A stretch of 64,000 nt of DNA from Myxococcaceae bacterium (GCA_016926755.1 JAFGNZ010000231.1:1008-65007); one strand, 5' to 3'; numbered from the stretch's first letter, positions 1 through 10,157 are shown. Notes: a model not told the origin generated them from the sequence alone. Made by a program: numbers and translations.

Positions 1-224
1 ACAATCTGGAAGCGGTGGACCTGCCCCGTGGACACACTGACCGACTTCGCCTTGCGCTCGGGGATGGCCACGACATCCCCTGGGAAGAGGATGTTGGGGT
101 TGGGGCGCTTCTGCCGGAGCGCCTCATTGTCCGGGTGCTCGTAGACCGTACGGTAGTCGAGAAAACCATACTGTCGGGCGATCGTCGTGAGGCACTCACC
201 CGGCCGAACAACATGCTTGGGCAT
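1..224 (-). CDS. LysM domain protein, N-terminal part only (gene runs off the left edge)
   Basis: Not in the ORF track because there is no stop in the window. The minus-strand ATG at 224-222 translates by hand to MPKHVVRPGECLTTIARQYGFLDYRTVYEHPDNEALRQKRPNPNILFPGDVVAIPERKAK... This has the LysM pattern (G-x-x-L-x-x-IA-x-x-Y ... NP-x-I-x-PGD-x-V-x-IP). It is co-directional with, and 52 nt downstream of, the previous gene. Confidence 0.5.
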   Translation of the reverse strand, partial: MPKHVVRPGECLTTIARQYGFLDYRTVYEHPDNEALRQKRPNPNILFPGDVVAIPERKAKSVSVSTGQVHRFQI

Positions 225-276
225 GGGGAGAGTGTATCGCAGGCAGCGAGCCCCACGCATCAGCTCCCGTGGGGCG

Positions 277-861
277 TCAGGCCGCCCGCCAGTCGCCCCC
301 GTCAATCCCCACGAACTCCACCTGGCAGTTGCCCTCGGGGATGCCCTCCAGCCTCAGCCGGCCCTTGTCGTCGGAGACGCTCTCCTTGTACGTGCCGTTG
401 GCGAGCTTGATGCGCACGCGCTGCCCCGTCACGGGCTCTCCCTCTTCGTCCTCGAGCTGCAGCCCCACCCAGCTCGTGGGCTCGGAGTCGTCCTCCCAGT
501 CGTCCGCCTCGGCCTCCTCGGGATCCGCCGTGATGAACACCGGCCGCGGGAGCTGGAGCAGCACCAGCCGACCGCTCTGGAACGCCTCCTCCAGCTCGCT
601 CCAGAGGTTCTCCAGGAAGGTGCGCCGCTCCAGGCTCGACAGCCCCCAGCGCATCCTCCCCCCCAGCGCCTCATGGACGTCCACGAGCGTCCGCTCCGCC
701 GCGGAGTCTCCCCGCCAGCCCCGCAGGCGCCACTGCGCCGAGTCCGCGGAGAGGGGCTTGCCCACCTCATTGGAGCGCACGTCCACGCCGCGGACGATGA
801 GGTACTCGTCCATCAGGCCCCGGAGCCGCCACGTCAGCCGATAACCACCATCGCTCGCCAT
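277..861 (-). CDS. hypothetical protein (acidic linker + small beta-rich C-terminal module), distal T6SS operon
   Basis: 194-aa ORF, 27 nt downstream of the preceding minus-strand gene. It has an acidic stretch (DPEEAEADDWEDDSEPTS..EDEEGEP), then VTGQRVRIKLANGTYKESVSDDKGRLRLEGIPEGNCQVEF. No family recognised. Confidence 0.5.
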   Translation of the reverse strand: MASDGGYRLTWRLRGLMDEYLIVRGVDVRSNEVGKPLSADSAQWRLRGWRGDSAAERTLVDVHEALGGRMRWGLSSLERRTFLENLWSELEEAFQSGRLVLLQLPRPVFITADPEEAEADDWEDDSEPTSWVGLQLEDEEGEPVTGQRVRIKLANGTYKESVSDDKGRLRLEGIPEGNCQVEFVGIDGGDWRAA

Positions 862-888
862 GAGGGAATCTTCGCGGCTCCCCGCCCC

Positions 889-1863
889 CTACGGCAACAC
901 CTCGGTCGCCCCCGGCTCCAGCAGCTGCGTCCACACCGAGGGCCTGTTCACCGACATGCGACTCTGGTTCACCTGGATGAGCCGCTCGTCCTGCGCCTTG
1001 CGGAACAGCCGGGGCGGCGACGAGGGCTGCCGGGGATCGCTGTCCTTGGCCGCGATCTGCTCCGCCACGCGGATCCCATCCGGCGCCACCGTCAGCGCCG
1101 CCGTGAACTCGTACTTGCGCAGCCACCGGCTGGGCAGCGGCTGGGTGCCGATGCGGCTCAGGGCGATGTTCGCCGGCTGCATGCACTTGCCGTCCTCGGA
1201 GACGAGCGGCTCGGCGACGAAGCGGTTGCCGCGCAGCGGCATGATCCGCACCATCCGCTGGCACATCTTCGGATCGTCCTTCCCCCAGCAGCGCTCGCCA
1301 TCCACCAGCAGCACCTCGATGCCGCCGATCCGCTCCAGGCGCAGCCGCGCGCTCTTCGGCAGCGCCTTCAGCGTGCCCAGCGCCCGCACCGCCAGCCCCC
1401 GCGGCGTGGCCTCCACCAGCGCCACCGGCCCGATCGCCTCCCCGTTCGAGAACCGGCGGACGATGGCCCACACCAGCTTCAGGTCCAGCCGCATCTCCGT
1501 CACGATCATCTCTTCCACCGTGAGCGGCTGGATCGGCAGCGGCGTGCCCTCCGGGGCCGTCTCGGCGCACTCGCCCGGCGCCGGATCCTGCCAGAGGATG
1601 GGCGTGCCCATGCAGTCGGTGGGCGGCAGGGGCACCTTCCCCGTCGTCTTGTCGTACCCGTTGATCAGCAGGCTGAAGAGCGCCTCCGGCCTCCACACCG
1701 CGGGGGAGACCACCCGCATGTCCGAGGGCAGCTCCGAGAAGCACAGCGCCCGCACCGCGGACTCACGCACCGGCGCCTGGCGCTTGCACCCCGCGCCCGC
1801 CATCACCAGCGCCACCAGCAACCACCGCAGGGCATGCCCCCCGCGGATCCCCATCGACGTCAT
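889..1863 (-). CDS. probable lipoprotein, T6SS-associated, unknown function
   Basis: Track ORF 889..2061 trimmed to the internal ATG at 1863 (MTSMGIRGGHALRWLLVALVMAGAGCKRQ). This gives a signal peptide ending in Cys and an ATGA stop/start overlap with the FHA gene that ends at 1860. Confidence 0.6.
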   Translation of the reverse strand: MTSMGIRGGHALRWLLVALVMAGAGCKRQAPVRESAVRALCFSELPSDMRVVSPAVWRPEALFSLLINGYDKTTGKVPLPPTDCMGTPILWQDPAPGECAETAPEGTPLPIQPLTVEEMIVTEMRLDLKLVWAIVRRFSNGEAIGPVALVEATPRGLAVRALGTLKALPKSARLRLERIGGIEVLLVDGERCWGKDDPKMCQRMVRIMPLRGNRFVAEPLVSEDGKCMQPANIALSRIGTQPLPSRWLRKYEFTAALTVAPDGIRVAEQIAAKDSDPRQPSSPPRLFRKAQDERLIQVNQSRMSVNRPSVWTQLLEPGATEVLP

Positions 1864-3440
1864 GACTCCTCCTCGGACTCGTCGCCCTCGTAGCCGTCCT
1901 CCGAGGCAGCGCCCTTGTGCGCCGCATCGCCCACGATGGCCAGGTACGCCTTGGCGAACTCCGGCCCGAACAGCACCGCCGTCAGCTCCCGCTCCTCCTC
2001 CAGGAAGGCCCGGTGCTGCTCCGAATAGCGCGCCCACCGCTTCGAGAGGCTGAAGGGCCACATCCCGCCGATCTCCGCCTCCAGCGTCTCCGGGCTCAGC
2101 CGGTGCAGCAGCCCCTTCACGCCCTCGCGCATGCCGTTGAGCAGGGCGATCTGATGGATCATCACGTCCACGAAGCCGCCCATGAGCTCCTGCACCCGCC
2201 CGGCGCTCTCCGCCACCTTGAAGTCCAGCAGGTAGCGGAGGATCTCGCGCGTGCTGCGCATGCGGATGAGCGGGTTCTCCTCGTTGGTGACGGGCACCGC
2301 CATCTGCTGGCCGAACTGATCGTGCCCCTGGCGCAGCTCGATGAAGGCCCGCCCGAACGTCTCCAGCACATCCGCCAGGTGCTCCAGGAAGCGCTCGATG
2401 TCCGCCTCGGACTGCAGCCCGCGGTTGTCCGGCAGGTAGGAGCGGACGAACCGGTTCAGCAGCTCCCGCGACGCCACATCCATCCGCTGGGCCGGCCCCG
2501 AGGCCGCCGCGCCGGGCCCCGCGCTGGCGGGCTCCGGGTGGACCGGCCGCCCCACGTTCTTGGCGATCTCCTGGAACGCCGGCTCCTGCGCCATCTCGGG
2601 CATCCGCCGCAAGAGCTGGGCGATCAGCTGGCCCCGATCCTGCTCCGGCAGCGTGTCCACCCCCTTGGCCAGCCCCTGCTGCAGCATCTTCCAGGCGGTG
2701 CGGTAGGCGTTGTACAGCGGCACCAGCTGCTGGATGGTGTTCTGCAGCGCCGCGGCCCCGCCCGGCGCCTGGGGCAGCACCTGGACGCTGCTCATCGTCC
2801 GCTTCCTCGCCGCCGGGGCCGCGGGCACGAACGCCGGCTTGCGCGGCGGCTCCGGCTCGTCTTGCGAGACCGTCCTCAGATCCAGGTTCGTCGCCTCGTC
2901 GCTGGGATCCTCGTCCCCCATCGCCGGGGCGATGATCGTCCGCGGGCTCTGCTCCAGCTGCTCCTCCCGCTCATTCTCCAGGAGCATGTCGAGGCTGGGC
3001 AGCAGCGTGGTGCGCACCTCCGGCTTGCGCTCCTGGACCGGGGTGGGCTTGAAGCTGAGCGCCTCGCCCTTGATGTCGGCCAGCGCCCGGAACTGCGTCA
3101 GCCGGGACGAGGTGTCCTTGACCGCCTTGGAGTCCCTGGAGAAGTGGAACTGGATGGAGCCGATGGTGACCTCCATCCCCGGCTTGACCCTCGCCGGCAC
3201 GTTCTTGTCGATGCGCTTGCCCCCGACGGTGACGCCGTTGGTGGACCCCAGATCCACGATGGAGATGGAGCCCTTGTCGAAGCGCACCAGCGCGTGGAAC
3301 AGCGACACGAAGGGGCGGGTGATGGGGATGTCGTTGAGCTGGTTGCGGCCGATGCGCACCGGGGACGTCGTGAAGACGTACTGCTTCTCCATCGGCGGAT
3401 GGGACTCCACGTCCTTGAGGCGGATCACCAGGGGAAGCAT
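1860..3440 (-). CDS. tagH: T6SS-associated FHA-domain protein (Fha/TagH type)
   Basis: N-terminal FHA domain (PVRIGRNQLNDIPITRPFVSLFHALVRFDKGSISIVDLGSTNGVTVGGKRI), then a long low-complexity linker and a conserved C-terminal region. It sits directly downstream of clpV in the T6SS operon. Confidence 0.85.
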   Translation of the reverse strand: MLPLVIRLKDVESHPPMEKQYVFTTSPVRIGRNQLNDIPITRPFVSLFHALVRFDKGSISIVDLGSTNGVTVGGKRIDKNVPARVKPGMEVTIGSIQFHFSRDSKAVKDTSSRLTQFRALADIKGEALSFKPTPVQERKPEVRTTLLPSLDMLLENEREEQLEQSPRTIIAPAMGDEDPSDEATNLDLRTVSQDEPEPPRKPAFVPAAPAARKRTMSSVQVLPQAPGGAAALQNTIQQLVPLYNAYRTAWKMLQQGLAKGVDTLPEQDRGQLIAQLLRRMPEMAQEPAFQEIAKNVGRPVHPEPASAGPGAAASGPAQRMDVASRELLNRFVRSYLPDNRGLQSEADIERFLEHLADVLETFGRAFIELRQGHDQFGQQMAVPVTNEENPLIRMRSTREILRYLLDFKVAESAGRVQELMGGFVDVMIHQIALLNGMREGVKGLLHRLSPETLEAEIGGMWPFSLSKRWARYSEQHRAFLEEERELTAVLFGPEFAKAYLAIVGDAAHKGAASEDGYEGDESEEES

Positions 3441-3573
3441 GGCCTTCTCCTATGCCGAACGGCGGAGGCAGCCAAGGGGGTGCCTCGCGAAGAGCAAGCG
3501 GGTGCGCAACCGGGGGCCTCCGATCCCCCGGAGCCCCCCTTTTTACGCTTCCCAGAGCGCGCTGTCCCCTTCA

Positions 3574-6201
3574 TTACGCGTGGGAGAAGGCCAGATCCCA
3601 GTCCCCGCTGGGGCTGAGCCCCACGCGCAGCTGGGTAGGCGTCGTCCCGCTCGCCAGGTGCTCGAGCAGCTCTCGCGACAGCTGGGGCATCAGCGAGGCG
3701 CGCAGCACGTGATCCACGTTGCGGGCGCCCGAGTCCATGTCCGTGCACCGCCGGGCGAACTCCTCGATGACCTCCGGGGCGAACTCCGTCTTGATGCGGT
3801 GGGAGGTGTGCAGCCGGCCCGCCAGGGAGTTGAGCTTCATGGCCGCGATGTCCTTGAGGATGTCGCGCGAGATGGGGACGTAGGGCACCACGCTCATGCG
3901 GGCCAGCAGCGCCGGCTTGAAGTGCTTGGTGAGCGCCGGCTTGATCGCGTCTCGCACCGCCTCGATGGTGGGCGGCTCGGGCTGCTGGAACATCTGCGTG
4001 ATGACGTCCGTGGCCAGGTTGCTGGTGAGGATGACGACGGTGTTCTTGAAGTCCACCGTGCGGCCCTCGCCGTCGTTGAGCACGCCCTTGTCGAACACCT
4101 GGTAGAAGAGGTTGAGCACCTCCGGGTCCGCCTTCTCGCACTCATCCAACAGCACCACGGAGTAGGGCCGCTGCCGCACCGCCTCCGTCAGCATGCCGCC
4201 CTCGCCGTAGCCCACGTAGCCCGGGGGCGAGCCGATCAGGCGCGACACGGTGTGCTTCTCCTGGAACTCCGACATGTTGATCGTCGTCAGGAAGCGCTCG
4301 CCGCCGTAGAGGGCGTCCGCCAGCGCCAGCGCCGTCTCCGTCTTGCCCACGCCGCTGGTGCCCACGAAGAGCAGCACGCCGATGGGGGTGCTCGGGTTGC
4401 GGATGCCCGCGGTGGAGGCGCGCACCGTCTCCGCCACCGTGCGCAGCGCCATGTCCTGCCCGCGCACGCGGCTGCGCAGCGTGTCCTCCAGGTTGAGCAC
4501 CGCGTTCAGCGTGCCCGAGCGCATCTTGCCCACCGGGATGCCCGTCCAGCTGGCCACCACCCGGGCCACCACGTCCGCGTCCACGTCCGCGTGCACCATG
4601 GCGGACTCGCCCTGCACGCGCTTGAGGGCCTCGCGGGCCTCGGTCACCTTGGCCTTGAGCGCGTCCTTCTCGGCCGCCTCCTTGGCCGCGTCCAGCTCCG
4701 CCTGGGCCTTCTTCAGCGCGTCCACCGCGCCGCGCTGCTCCTCCCAGTGCGCGCGCAGGGTGGCCACCTGGTCCTGCAGGGCCTTCAGCCGCTCCTCCAC
4801 CGTGGGGCCGTCCTCCGGCGGTGGCGTCTGGCCCGAGGCCAGCTCGCGCTCCCGGGCGGCCTTCTCGCTCTCCAGGGAGGCCAGCTTCGCCTCCAGCTCC
4901 ACCAGCTCGTCCGGCCGCGCGCTCTGCTCCAGCTTCACCCGCGCCGCCGCCGTGTCGAGCAGGTCCACCGCCTTGTCCGGCAGCTGCCGGCCGGAGATGT
5001 AGCGGTGCGACAGCTCCACCGCCGCCACCACCGCCTCCTCGCGGATGGTGACGTTATGGGCCTTCTCGTAGGTGGGCCGCAGGCCGCGGATCATCAGCAC
5101 CGCGTCCTGCTCCGAGGGCTCGTCCACCTTCACCGGCTGGAAGCGACGCTCCAGGGCCGGATCCTTCTCGAAGTACTTCTTGTACTCGGACCAGGTGGTG
5201 GCGGCCACGGTGCGCAGCTCGCCGCGCGCCAGCTCCGGCTTGAGCAGGTTCGCCGCGTCACCGCCGCCCTGCGGCCCACCCGCGCCGATCAGCGTGTGCG
5301 CCTCATCAATGAAGAGGATGATCGGCTTGGGCGAGGCCTTCACCTCGGAGATGACGGCCTTGAGCCGGTTCTCGAACTCGCCCTTCACGCCCGCGCCCGC
5401 CTGCAGCAGGCCCAGATCCAGCCCCAGCACGTCGAAGTTCTTCAGCGACTCGGGCACGTCTCCCAGGGCGATGGCGCGCGCCAGGCCCTCCACCAGCGCC
5501 GTCTTGCCCACGCCGGGCTCGCCCACGATGATCGGGTTGTTCTTGCGCCGCCGGGACAGCACGTCGATCACCTGGCGGATCTCCCGATCACGGCCGAAGA
5601 TCGGATCGATCTTCCCGTCGCGCGCCTTCGCCGTGAACGAGGTGGTGAAGCGCGAGAGCGCGTCCTCGCCCCGAGGCGCTGCGGCACCACCCGCCGGCGC
5701 GGCGCCCGTGCCCGCCGCGGCCACCTCCGCCGCCTCCTTGGAGCGGCTGACGATCTCCTCGAAGGCCTTCTTGAGCGCCTCGGTGGAGATGGCGTCCAGC
5801 TCCGGGTACGACTCGGCCGAGTAGCGGGCGGAGCGGGCGATCCACTGCGCCATCAGCGCGCCCGAGCGCAGGCGCAGCGCCCCGTGCTCCAGCGAGGCCA
5901 GCAGCCACGCATCCTCGAACCACTGGAAGAGGCTCTCGGAGAACACCGGCCGCCCGGCGTTGCCGGTGCGCAGCCCGCGCAGCGTGTCCTCCACCCGCGC
6001 GATCACCTGGGTCCGATCCACCTGGAACTGGCGGAGGATGAGCGAGGCCTCGCCCTCCTCGTCGTCCAGCAGCCCCCGCAGCATGTGCTCGGGGACGATC
6101 TCGTAGCAGCGGGCGGTGCTGGCCCGGGAGACGGCTCCTTCCAGCATGCGCGTGGCAGTGGAAGTGAGTCGCCGGACGAGGGTCTTCGGTTCAACGCGCA
6201 T
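3574..6201 (-). CDS. tssH: T6SS AAA+ ATPase ClpV (TssH)
   Basis: 875 aa. Two AAA+ modules with Walker A motifs GEPGVGKT and GTSGVGKT, and a ClpB-like coiled-coil middle region. Located between tssG and fha. Confidence 0.95.
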   Translation of the reverse strand: MRVEPKTLVRRLTSTATRMLEGAVSRASTARCYEIVPEHMLRGLLDDEEGEASLILRQFQVDRTQVIARVEDTLRGLRTGNAGRPVFSESLFQWFEDAWLLASLEHGALRLRSGALMAQWIARSARYSAESYPELDAISTEALKKAFEEIVSRSKEAAEVAAAGTGAAPAGGAAAPRGEDALSRFTTSFTAKARDGKIDPIFGRDREIRQVIDVLSRRRKNNPIIVGEPGVGKTALVEGLARAIALGDVPESLKNFDVLGLDLGLLQAGAGVKGEFENRLKAVISEVKASPKPIILFIDEAHTLIGAGGPQGGGDAANLLKPELARGELRTVAATTWSEYKKYFEKDPALERRFQPVKVDEPSEQDAVLMIRGLRPTYEKAHNVTIREEAVVAAVELSHRYISGRQLPDKAVDLLDTAAARVKLEQSARPDELVELEAKLASLESEKAARERELASGQTPPPEDGPTVEERLKALQDQVATLRAHWEEQRGAVDALKKAQAELDAAKEAAEKDALKAKVTEAREALKRVQGESAMVHADVDADVVARVVASWTGIPVGKMRSGTLNAVLNLEDTLRSRVRGQDMALRTVAETVRASTAGIRNPSTPIGVLLFVGTSGVGKTETALALADALYGGERFLTTINMSEFQEKHTVSRLIGSPPGYVGYGEGGMLTEAVRQRPYSVVLLDECEKADPEVLNLFYQVFDKGVLNDGEGRTVDFKNTVVILTSNLATDVITQMFQQPEPPTIEAVRDAIKPALTKHFKPALLARMSVVPYVPISRDILKDIAAMKLNSLAGRLHTSHRIKTEFAPEVIEEFARRCTDMDSGARNVDHVLRASLMPQLSRELLEHLASGTTPTQLRVGLSPSGDWDLAFSHA

Positions 6202-6242
6202 CAGGTGGCTCCTCTACGGGGTTTCGAGAAAGGGTTGCAGGC

Positions 6243-7436
6243 TCAAGGGCTGGCCGGGGCCTCGCTCCCGGCGGCCTGCGGCAGCGGGACGATCCGCGTC
6301 CTCAAGCGGGGAACTGCGGAGCGACGGCCGCCCAGGTAGGTGTTGCGCCCGAGCCGGGCGGGAGACTTCATCTTCAGCTGGAAGGCGCCCAGCACGTCCT
6401 CGCGCACACCCAGCTCCAGGGCGCACTCGAGCGGATCTCGCACCACCAGCGTCACCACCTCGCGGACCAGCGGGCTCAGATCCCCCTCGGGCAGCAGGCG
6501 GTGGTAGGTGGCCCCATCCAGCGGGGCGATGCCGATGATGAACTTCCCGGCGCGATCGAACAGCCGCCCGCCCAGCATCGAGGTGCGGCCCAGGTGCGAG
6601 TTGAGCTTGCCCAGCATCATCCGCTGCTCGGGCTCCACCTCCACCCAGCTCCCCTCGAACTGCTTGAGGGTGACGCGGGCCTCGCCCAGATCCTCACGCA
6701 GCACGTCCGAGAGCGCCAGCTCCAGCGTCCGCGCCGTGCGGGCCCGGGTGGACAGCAGGGGCGCCAGCCGCAGCAGCTGGGGCACGGACAGCCCCACCGC
6801 GGGGCCGCGCTCATAGGTGTCCAGGCCCGTGAGCGCCAGCACCCGCCGGGACCACACGTCGTCCCCGGCGCGCGTCGTCTCCGCCTCGGGCGTGTAGCGC
6901 GACAGCGCCCGGTACAGCAGCGACAGCAGGCGGTGATGGAAGAGATCCAGGAACTGCCGCCGCAGGGGCCGGTCCGGATCCTCCTGGGCGATCTCCTCGA
7001 CCATGTAGCCCGGCAGCGGAGAGGAGGCGCCGGTGAGCCCCAGGAAGGTGGTGACCACCTCGAAGACGTGCTTGGGGCCGCCCTGCTGCACGCCCCACTC
7101 TTCCTTGCGAGGCACCAGCCGCACCTGGCTCACGTCCCCGGCGCTGAAGACGAGCGACGGATCATGCTTGAAGCGGATGGCCTCCTCGGAGGGAGGGCCG
7201 TCGCCGCCCACGCGCACCGCGCTGGCCGTGAGCCGCTCCAGCAGGGCCACCAGCGAGGCGAACCGCACGTCCCCCGCCGTGAAGTCGAGCGTCGCGTCCA
7301 GCCGGAAGCGGACCGTCTGGTCGCCCCCGCCCTGCGCGCGCACCTGCATCGCGCCGGACGTCAACCGCTCCAGCCGAGTGGCCAGAGAGAGGGTCGCGAG
7401 CTCCCCGGGCTCCTCGTCCGGCTCCTCCTGGCTCAT
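6243..7436 (-). CDS. tssG: T6SS baseplate protein TssG
   Basis: Track ORF 6243..7469 trimmed to the ATG at 7436 (MSQEEPDEEPGE..), which makes an ATGA overlap with the tssF stop at 7433. Size and position (after tssF, before clpV), plus motifs such as FLGLTGASSPLP and RLLSLLYRA, fit TssG. Confidence 0.9.
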   Translation of the reverse strand: MSQEEPDEEPGELATLSLATRLERLTSGAMQVRAQGGGDQTVRFRLDATLDFTAGDVRFASLVALLERLTASAVRVGGDGPPSEEAIRFKHDPSLVFSAGDVSQVRLVPRKEEWGVQQGGPKHVFEVVTTFLGLTGASSPLPGYMVEEIAQEDPDRPLRRQFLDLFHHRLLSLLYRALSRYTPEAETTRAGDDVWSRRVLALTGLDTYERGPAVGLSVPQLLRLAPLLSTRARTARTLELALSDVLREDLGEARVTLKQFEGSWVEVEPEQRMMLGKLNSHLGRTSMLGGRLFDRAGKFIIGIAPLDGATYHRLLPEGDLSPLVREVVTLVVRDPLECALELGVREDVLGAFQLKMKSPARLGRNTYLGGRRSAVPRLRTRIVPLPQAAGSEAPASP

Positions 7437-9175
7437 ACGATCGGCTGACGGCCGTTGCGCGGGGCCCACCGGTACTCCACCTGAGAGGGTTGGATGCGGA
7501 TCAACAGCTCGCTGAAGGCGTTCAGGCTCACGTAGGACGCGAACATCTCGTCCAGCACGCAGCCGAAGAGGAAGGCATCTCCCAGCCCGTTGAAGCCGGA
7601 CTCCTCGACATCAATCATCACCTGGGCGCCGCGCACGGGTGCGCCCTGCAGGAAGCGCGTGGCGGCCTTGCCCGTCACGCTCCGGAGCGAGTCGATCCGG
7701 AGCTGGTTGGCCCGCGCGGCCGGCTGGTCCGCCGTCGTCTGGAAGTTGTACAGATCCAGCACCGCCTTCAGCGCCCCAGGATCCATCAGCGAGCGCTGGT
7801 TCAGCGCCAGGTGCGACAGCAGCCGCCAGTGCAGCTCCGAGCCCAGCGGCGGACGCACCGGCTTGGTCACTGCGATGATGTTGCGGAACTTCGCCGTCGT
7901 GGGGGACGCGGGCGTCGGCATGCTCAGGTCCCCCACCTGGAGGCGGGCGGGCAGCGAGCGGTTGGTGCACGTCAGATCAATGGAGAGCGTCTCCTCGGCC
8001 GCCGTGGGCGAGGCGTCCCGCGGGCTGCCCAGCGACAGGAGGGTGTCGATCCCGTCGTTCAGCGGCGAAAGCCCACGCCGCAGCCGGAAGAAGCGCGCGT
8101 TCTCCCCGGCGTTGTGGGCGAAGTCGAAGAAGGGCCGGTAGTCCAGCCGATCGGTGCGCCCGGCCTGCAGGCCGGTGACGGTGTCCACCGAGTAGACCTC
8201 CATGTGCTCCGGATCCAGCCCGGAGGCGCGCAGCAGGTGCTCATGGCCCAGCGTGCCCACCCGGATCGGATCCGAGGACGTGGAGAAGAGGTTCACCACC
8301 GGTGCGCAGTGCAGCTTGAAGATGTCCTTGGGCACGCGCCCGGGCAGCGGCGGAGGCCGCTCGAACTCGAAGATCAGCTCCAGCCGCTGGCCGGTGATGG
8401 AGGAGGCCGCCTGCAGCCCCCTCACCTCGATGAAGAGGAACTTCTGCGGCAGCGTGAAGTACTCCTGCAGCATCCGGTAGCCTTCGGGCGCCCGGGCCGG
8501 CCACGGGATCAGCTCATCCTCCGGCGTGAAGCCCACCGCGTGCAGGTTGCCCGGCGCCAGGCGGACCGGCTCGCTGCCCGCCGCCCCGCGCGCCAGCACC
8601 CCCCGGCAGTGCCGCATCATCCACATCAGCAGCGTGGAGCTGACGGCCAGATCCCCGTTGATGAAGAGCGACAGCCCCTCCTCCTGGAAGATCTCGCCGC
8701 GCCCCTGCTCGGCCACCTGGAGCTGCACCCGCAGCACGGGCGCGGCCGGCGAGGACTGATCCAGCACCGTCTCCACCAGCGTGAGGGGCAGCAGATCCAC
8801 CGGCCGCGTGGTGCGGAACACGCACGTCGTCCCCTCCACCGGCTTGGAGCCCACCTCCGCGCCAGCGGGGATCCGCGAGCGGCCGCGCAGCAGGCGCGCG
8901 TGCGGGGTGAACTCCACCACCGAGCACGAGGGCAGCACGCGCAGGTAGTGCGGCAGCAGCAGATCCACCAGGCCGTGGACCACCTCGGGCACCGCGTCGT
9001 CGATGCGCTCGCGGATGCGCGCCGTCAGGAACGCGAAGCCCTCCAGCAGCCGCTCCACGTCCGGATCGCCGCCACGCTCCACGAGCATGCCGGCCAGCGC
9101 GGGGTTGGCGCTGCCGAAGGCCTTCCCCATCTCCCTCAGGTATGCGAGCTCGCTCTGGTAGTACTTGCTGAACAC
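7433..9175 (-). CDS. tssF: T6SS baseplate protein TssF
   Basis: 580 aa. The N-terminus MFSKYYQSELAYLREMGKAFGSANPALAGML..DPDVERLLEGFAFLTARI is the canonical TssF (ImpG/VasA) start. It is flanked by tssE and tssG. Confidence 0.9.
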   Translation of the reverse strand: MFSKYYQSELAYLREMGKAFGSANPALAGMLVERGGDPDVERLLEGFAFLTARIRERIDDAVPEVVHGLVDLLLPHYLRVLPSCSVVEFTPHARLLRGRSRIPAGAEVGSKPVEGTTCVFRTTRPVDLLPLTLVETVLDQSSPAAPVLRVQLQVAEQGRGEIFQEEGLSLFINGDLAVSSTLLMWMMRHCRGVLARGAAGSEPVRLAPGNLHAVGFTPEDELIPWPARAPEGYRMLQEYFTLPQKFLFIEVRGLQAASSITGQRLELIFEFERPPPLPGRVPKDIFKLHCAPVVNLFSTSSDPIRVGTLGHEHLLRASGLDPEHMEVYSVDTVTGLQAGRTDRLDYRPFFDFAHNAGENARFFRLRRGLSPLNDGIDTLLSLGSPRDASPTAAEETLSIDLTCTNRSLPARLQVGDLSMPTPASPTTAKFRNIIAVTKPVRPPLGSELHWRLLSHLALNQRSLMDPGALKAVLDLYNFQTTADQPAARANQLRIDSLRSVTGKAATRFLQGAPVRGAQVMIDVEESGFNGLGDAFLFGCVLDEMFASYVSLNAFSELLIRIQPSQVEYRWAPRNGRQPIV

Positions 9176-9203
9176 CCGTGGCTCCCGCCTGTGGCTGGCA
9201 CCT

Positions 9204-9596
9204 TCACCAGACCTCGACCTTGCCTCCCGGTGTCATCTGCGTCCGGAAGCGCAGCACGCCCCGGGCACTTCGATCCGCCGGCTGCGCGGTGATCTCGAAC
9301 CGCAGCACCAACGGATCCTCGTCCGGCACATGGCGGACGCTGACGTTGCGCACGCGCGGCTCATACTCCAACACCGTGGCGCGGATGGCCGCCTGCAGCG
9401 TCTGGATGGCCGAGGGGAAGGCATGGACCAGGTCCGTGAAGTCCACCACCCCGAAGCCCGGCACCGTCGCCGAGTCCCCCTTGCGCGTGTTGAGCAACAC
9501 CCGCAGGTGCTCGACGATGGAGGAGGTGACGTCCAAGCCTCGCGAGGACGTCCCCTCTTCCGACTCGATCCGTGACAGAAGTCCTCGTCCTGCCAC
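9204..9596 (-). CDS. tssE: T6SS baseplate protein TssE (gp25-like)
   Basis: 130 aa. SIVEHLRVLLNTRKGDSATVPGFGVVDF..EYEPRVRNVSV matches the GPW/gp25 lysozyme-like fold family. It lies between hcp and tssF. Confidence 0.85.
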   Translation of the reverse strand: MAGRGLLSRIESEEGTSSRGLDVTSSIVEHLRVLLNTRKGDSATVPGFGVVDFTDLVHAFPSAIQTLQAAIRATVLEYEPRVRNVSVRHVPDEDPLVLRFEITAQPADRSARGVLRFRTQMTPGGKVEVW

Positions 9597-9665
9597 TGTC
9601 GTGTCCTCTCTTCAACCCGGGGCCGCGCGCCCGCTTCAGCCCTGGCGCACGGCCCACGGAGGTGA

Positions 9666-10157
9666 CTAGCGCTGCGCGTCCCAGGTGTCCCCGTGCGTCA
9701 CGCCACCGTTGGTGTACGTCCACTCGATGGTGTGGAACACGAAGGTGACCTCCTCGAGCGGCGGCTCGGTGGAGGTGGCCGGGCTGAAGGAGTCCGGAGA
9801 CAGCTGCTTGATGCTGGCGACGCGGCCCTTCTTGATGCTCACCGAGTAGAACTGCTCGGTGGTGCCGTCACCCGTGGGGTTGGGGCGGAAGAACTTGAAC
9901 GTCCCTTCCACGGCCTGGTTCTCGCACAGCGCCTTCATCAGCAGCGGCGAGGACTTGTCGATGCGCTTGCGGATGAGCAGCGGGGTGTACTGGCGGCGGC
10001 CGGTGGCCAGGCTGGTGCCAGCCTCGCGCGCGGTGATGACGCCCTGCTCATAGTAGACGCACTCGATGGAACCCTCGCGCCCGAGGCTCACCTGGGTGCT
10101 GTCCCCCTTGATATCGGTCCCGTTCGCCTTGAGGAACAGGTGTACTGTCTCGGCCAT
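9666..10157 (-). CDS. hcp: Hcp (TssD) inner tube protein
   Basis: 163 aa. MAETVHLFLKANGTDIKGDSTQ...EEVTFVFHTIEWTYTNGGVTHGDTW is typical of the Hcp1 family. It lies downstream of tssBC. Confidence 0.9.
   Translation of the reverse strand: MAETVHLFLKANGTDIKGDSTQVSLGREGSIECVYYEQGVITAREAGTSLATGRRQYTPLLIRKRIDKSSPLLMKALCENQAVEGTFKFFRPNPTGDGTTEQFYSVSIKKGRVASIKQLSPDSFSPATSTEPPLEEVTFVFHTIEWTYTNGGVTHGDTWDAQR

Noticed and set aside
3512-3544. A GC-rich hairpin (GGGGGCCTCCG..CGGAGCCCCC, one bulge) followed by TTTTT in the clpV-fha intergenic region. It looks like an intrinsic terminator.
   Set aside because: The T-run follows the stem only on the plus strand, and both flanking genes are on the minus strand. 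On the minus-strand RNA the stem is preceded by an A-run and not followed by U residues. It may be a stabilising or attenuating structure, but I cannot call it a terminator.
2710-6339. Very long plus-strand ORFs opposite the T6SS genes: 2710..6339, 14966..17431, 17675..20743, 30387..33182, 10380..12230 and many 100-600-aa ORFs elsewhere.
   Set aside because: Their translations are low-complexity Arg/Ala/Gly/Pro/His strings with no motifs. Each lies antisense or off-frame to a gene with clear family signatures. They are shadow ORFs of GC-rich coding DNA.
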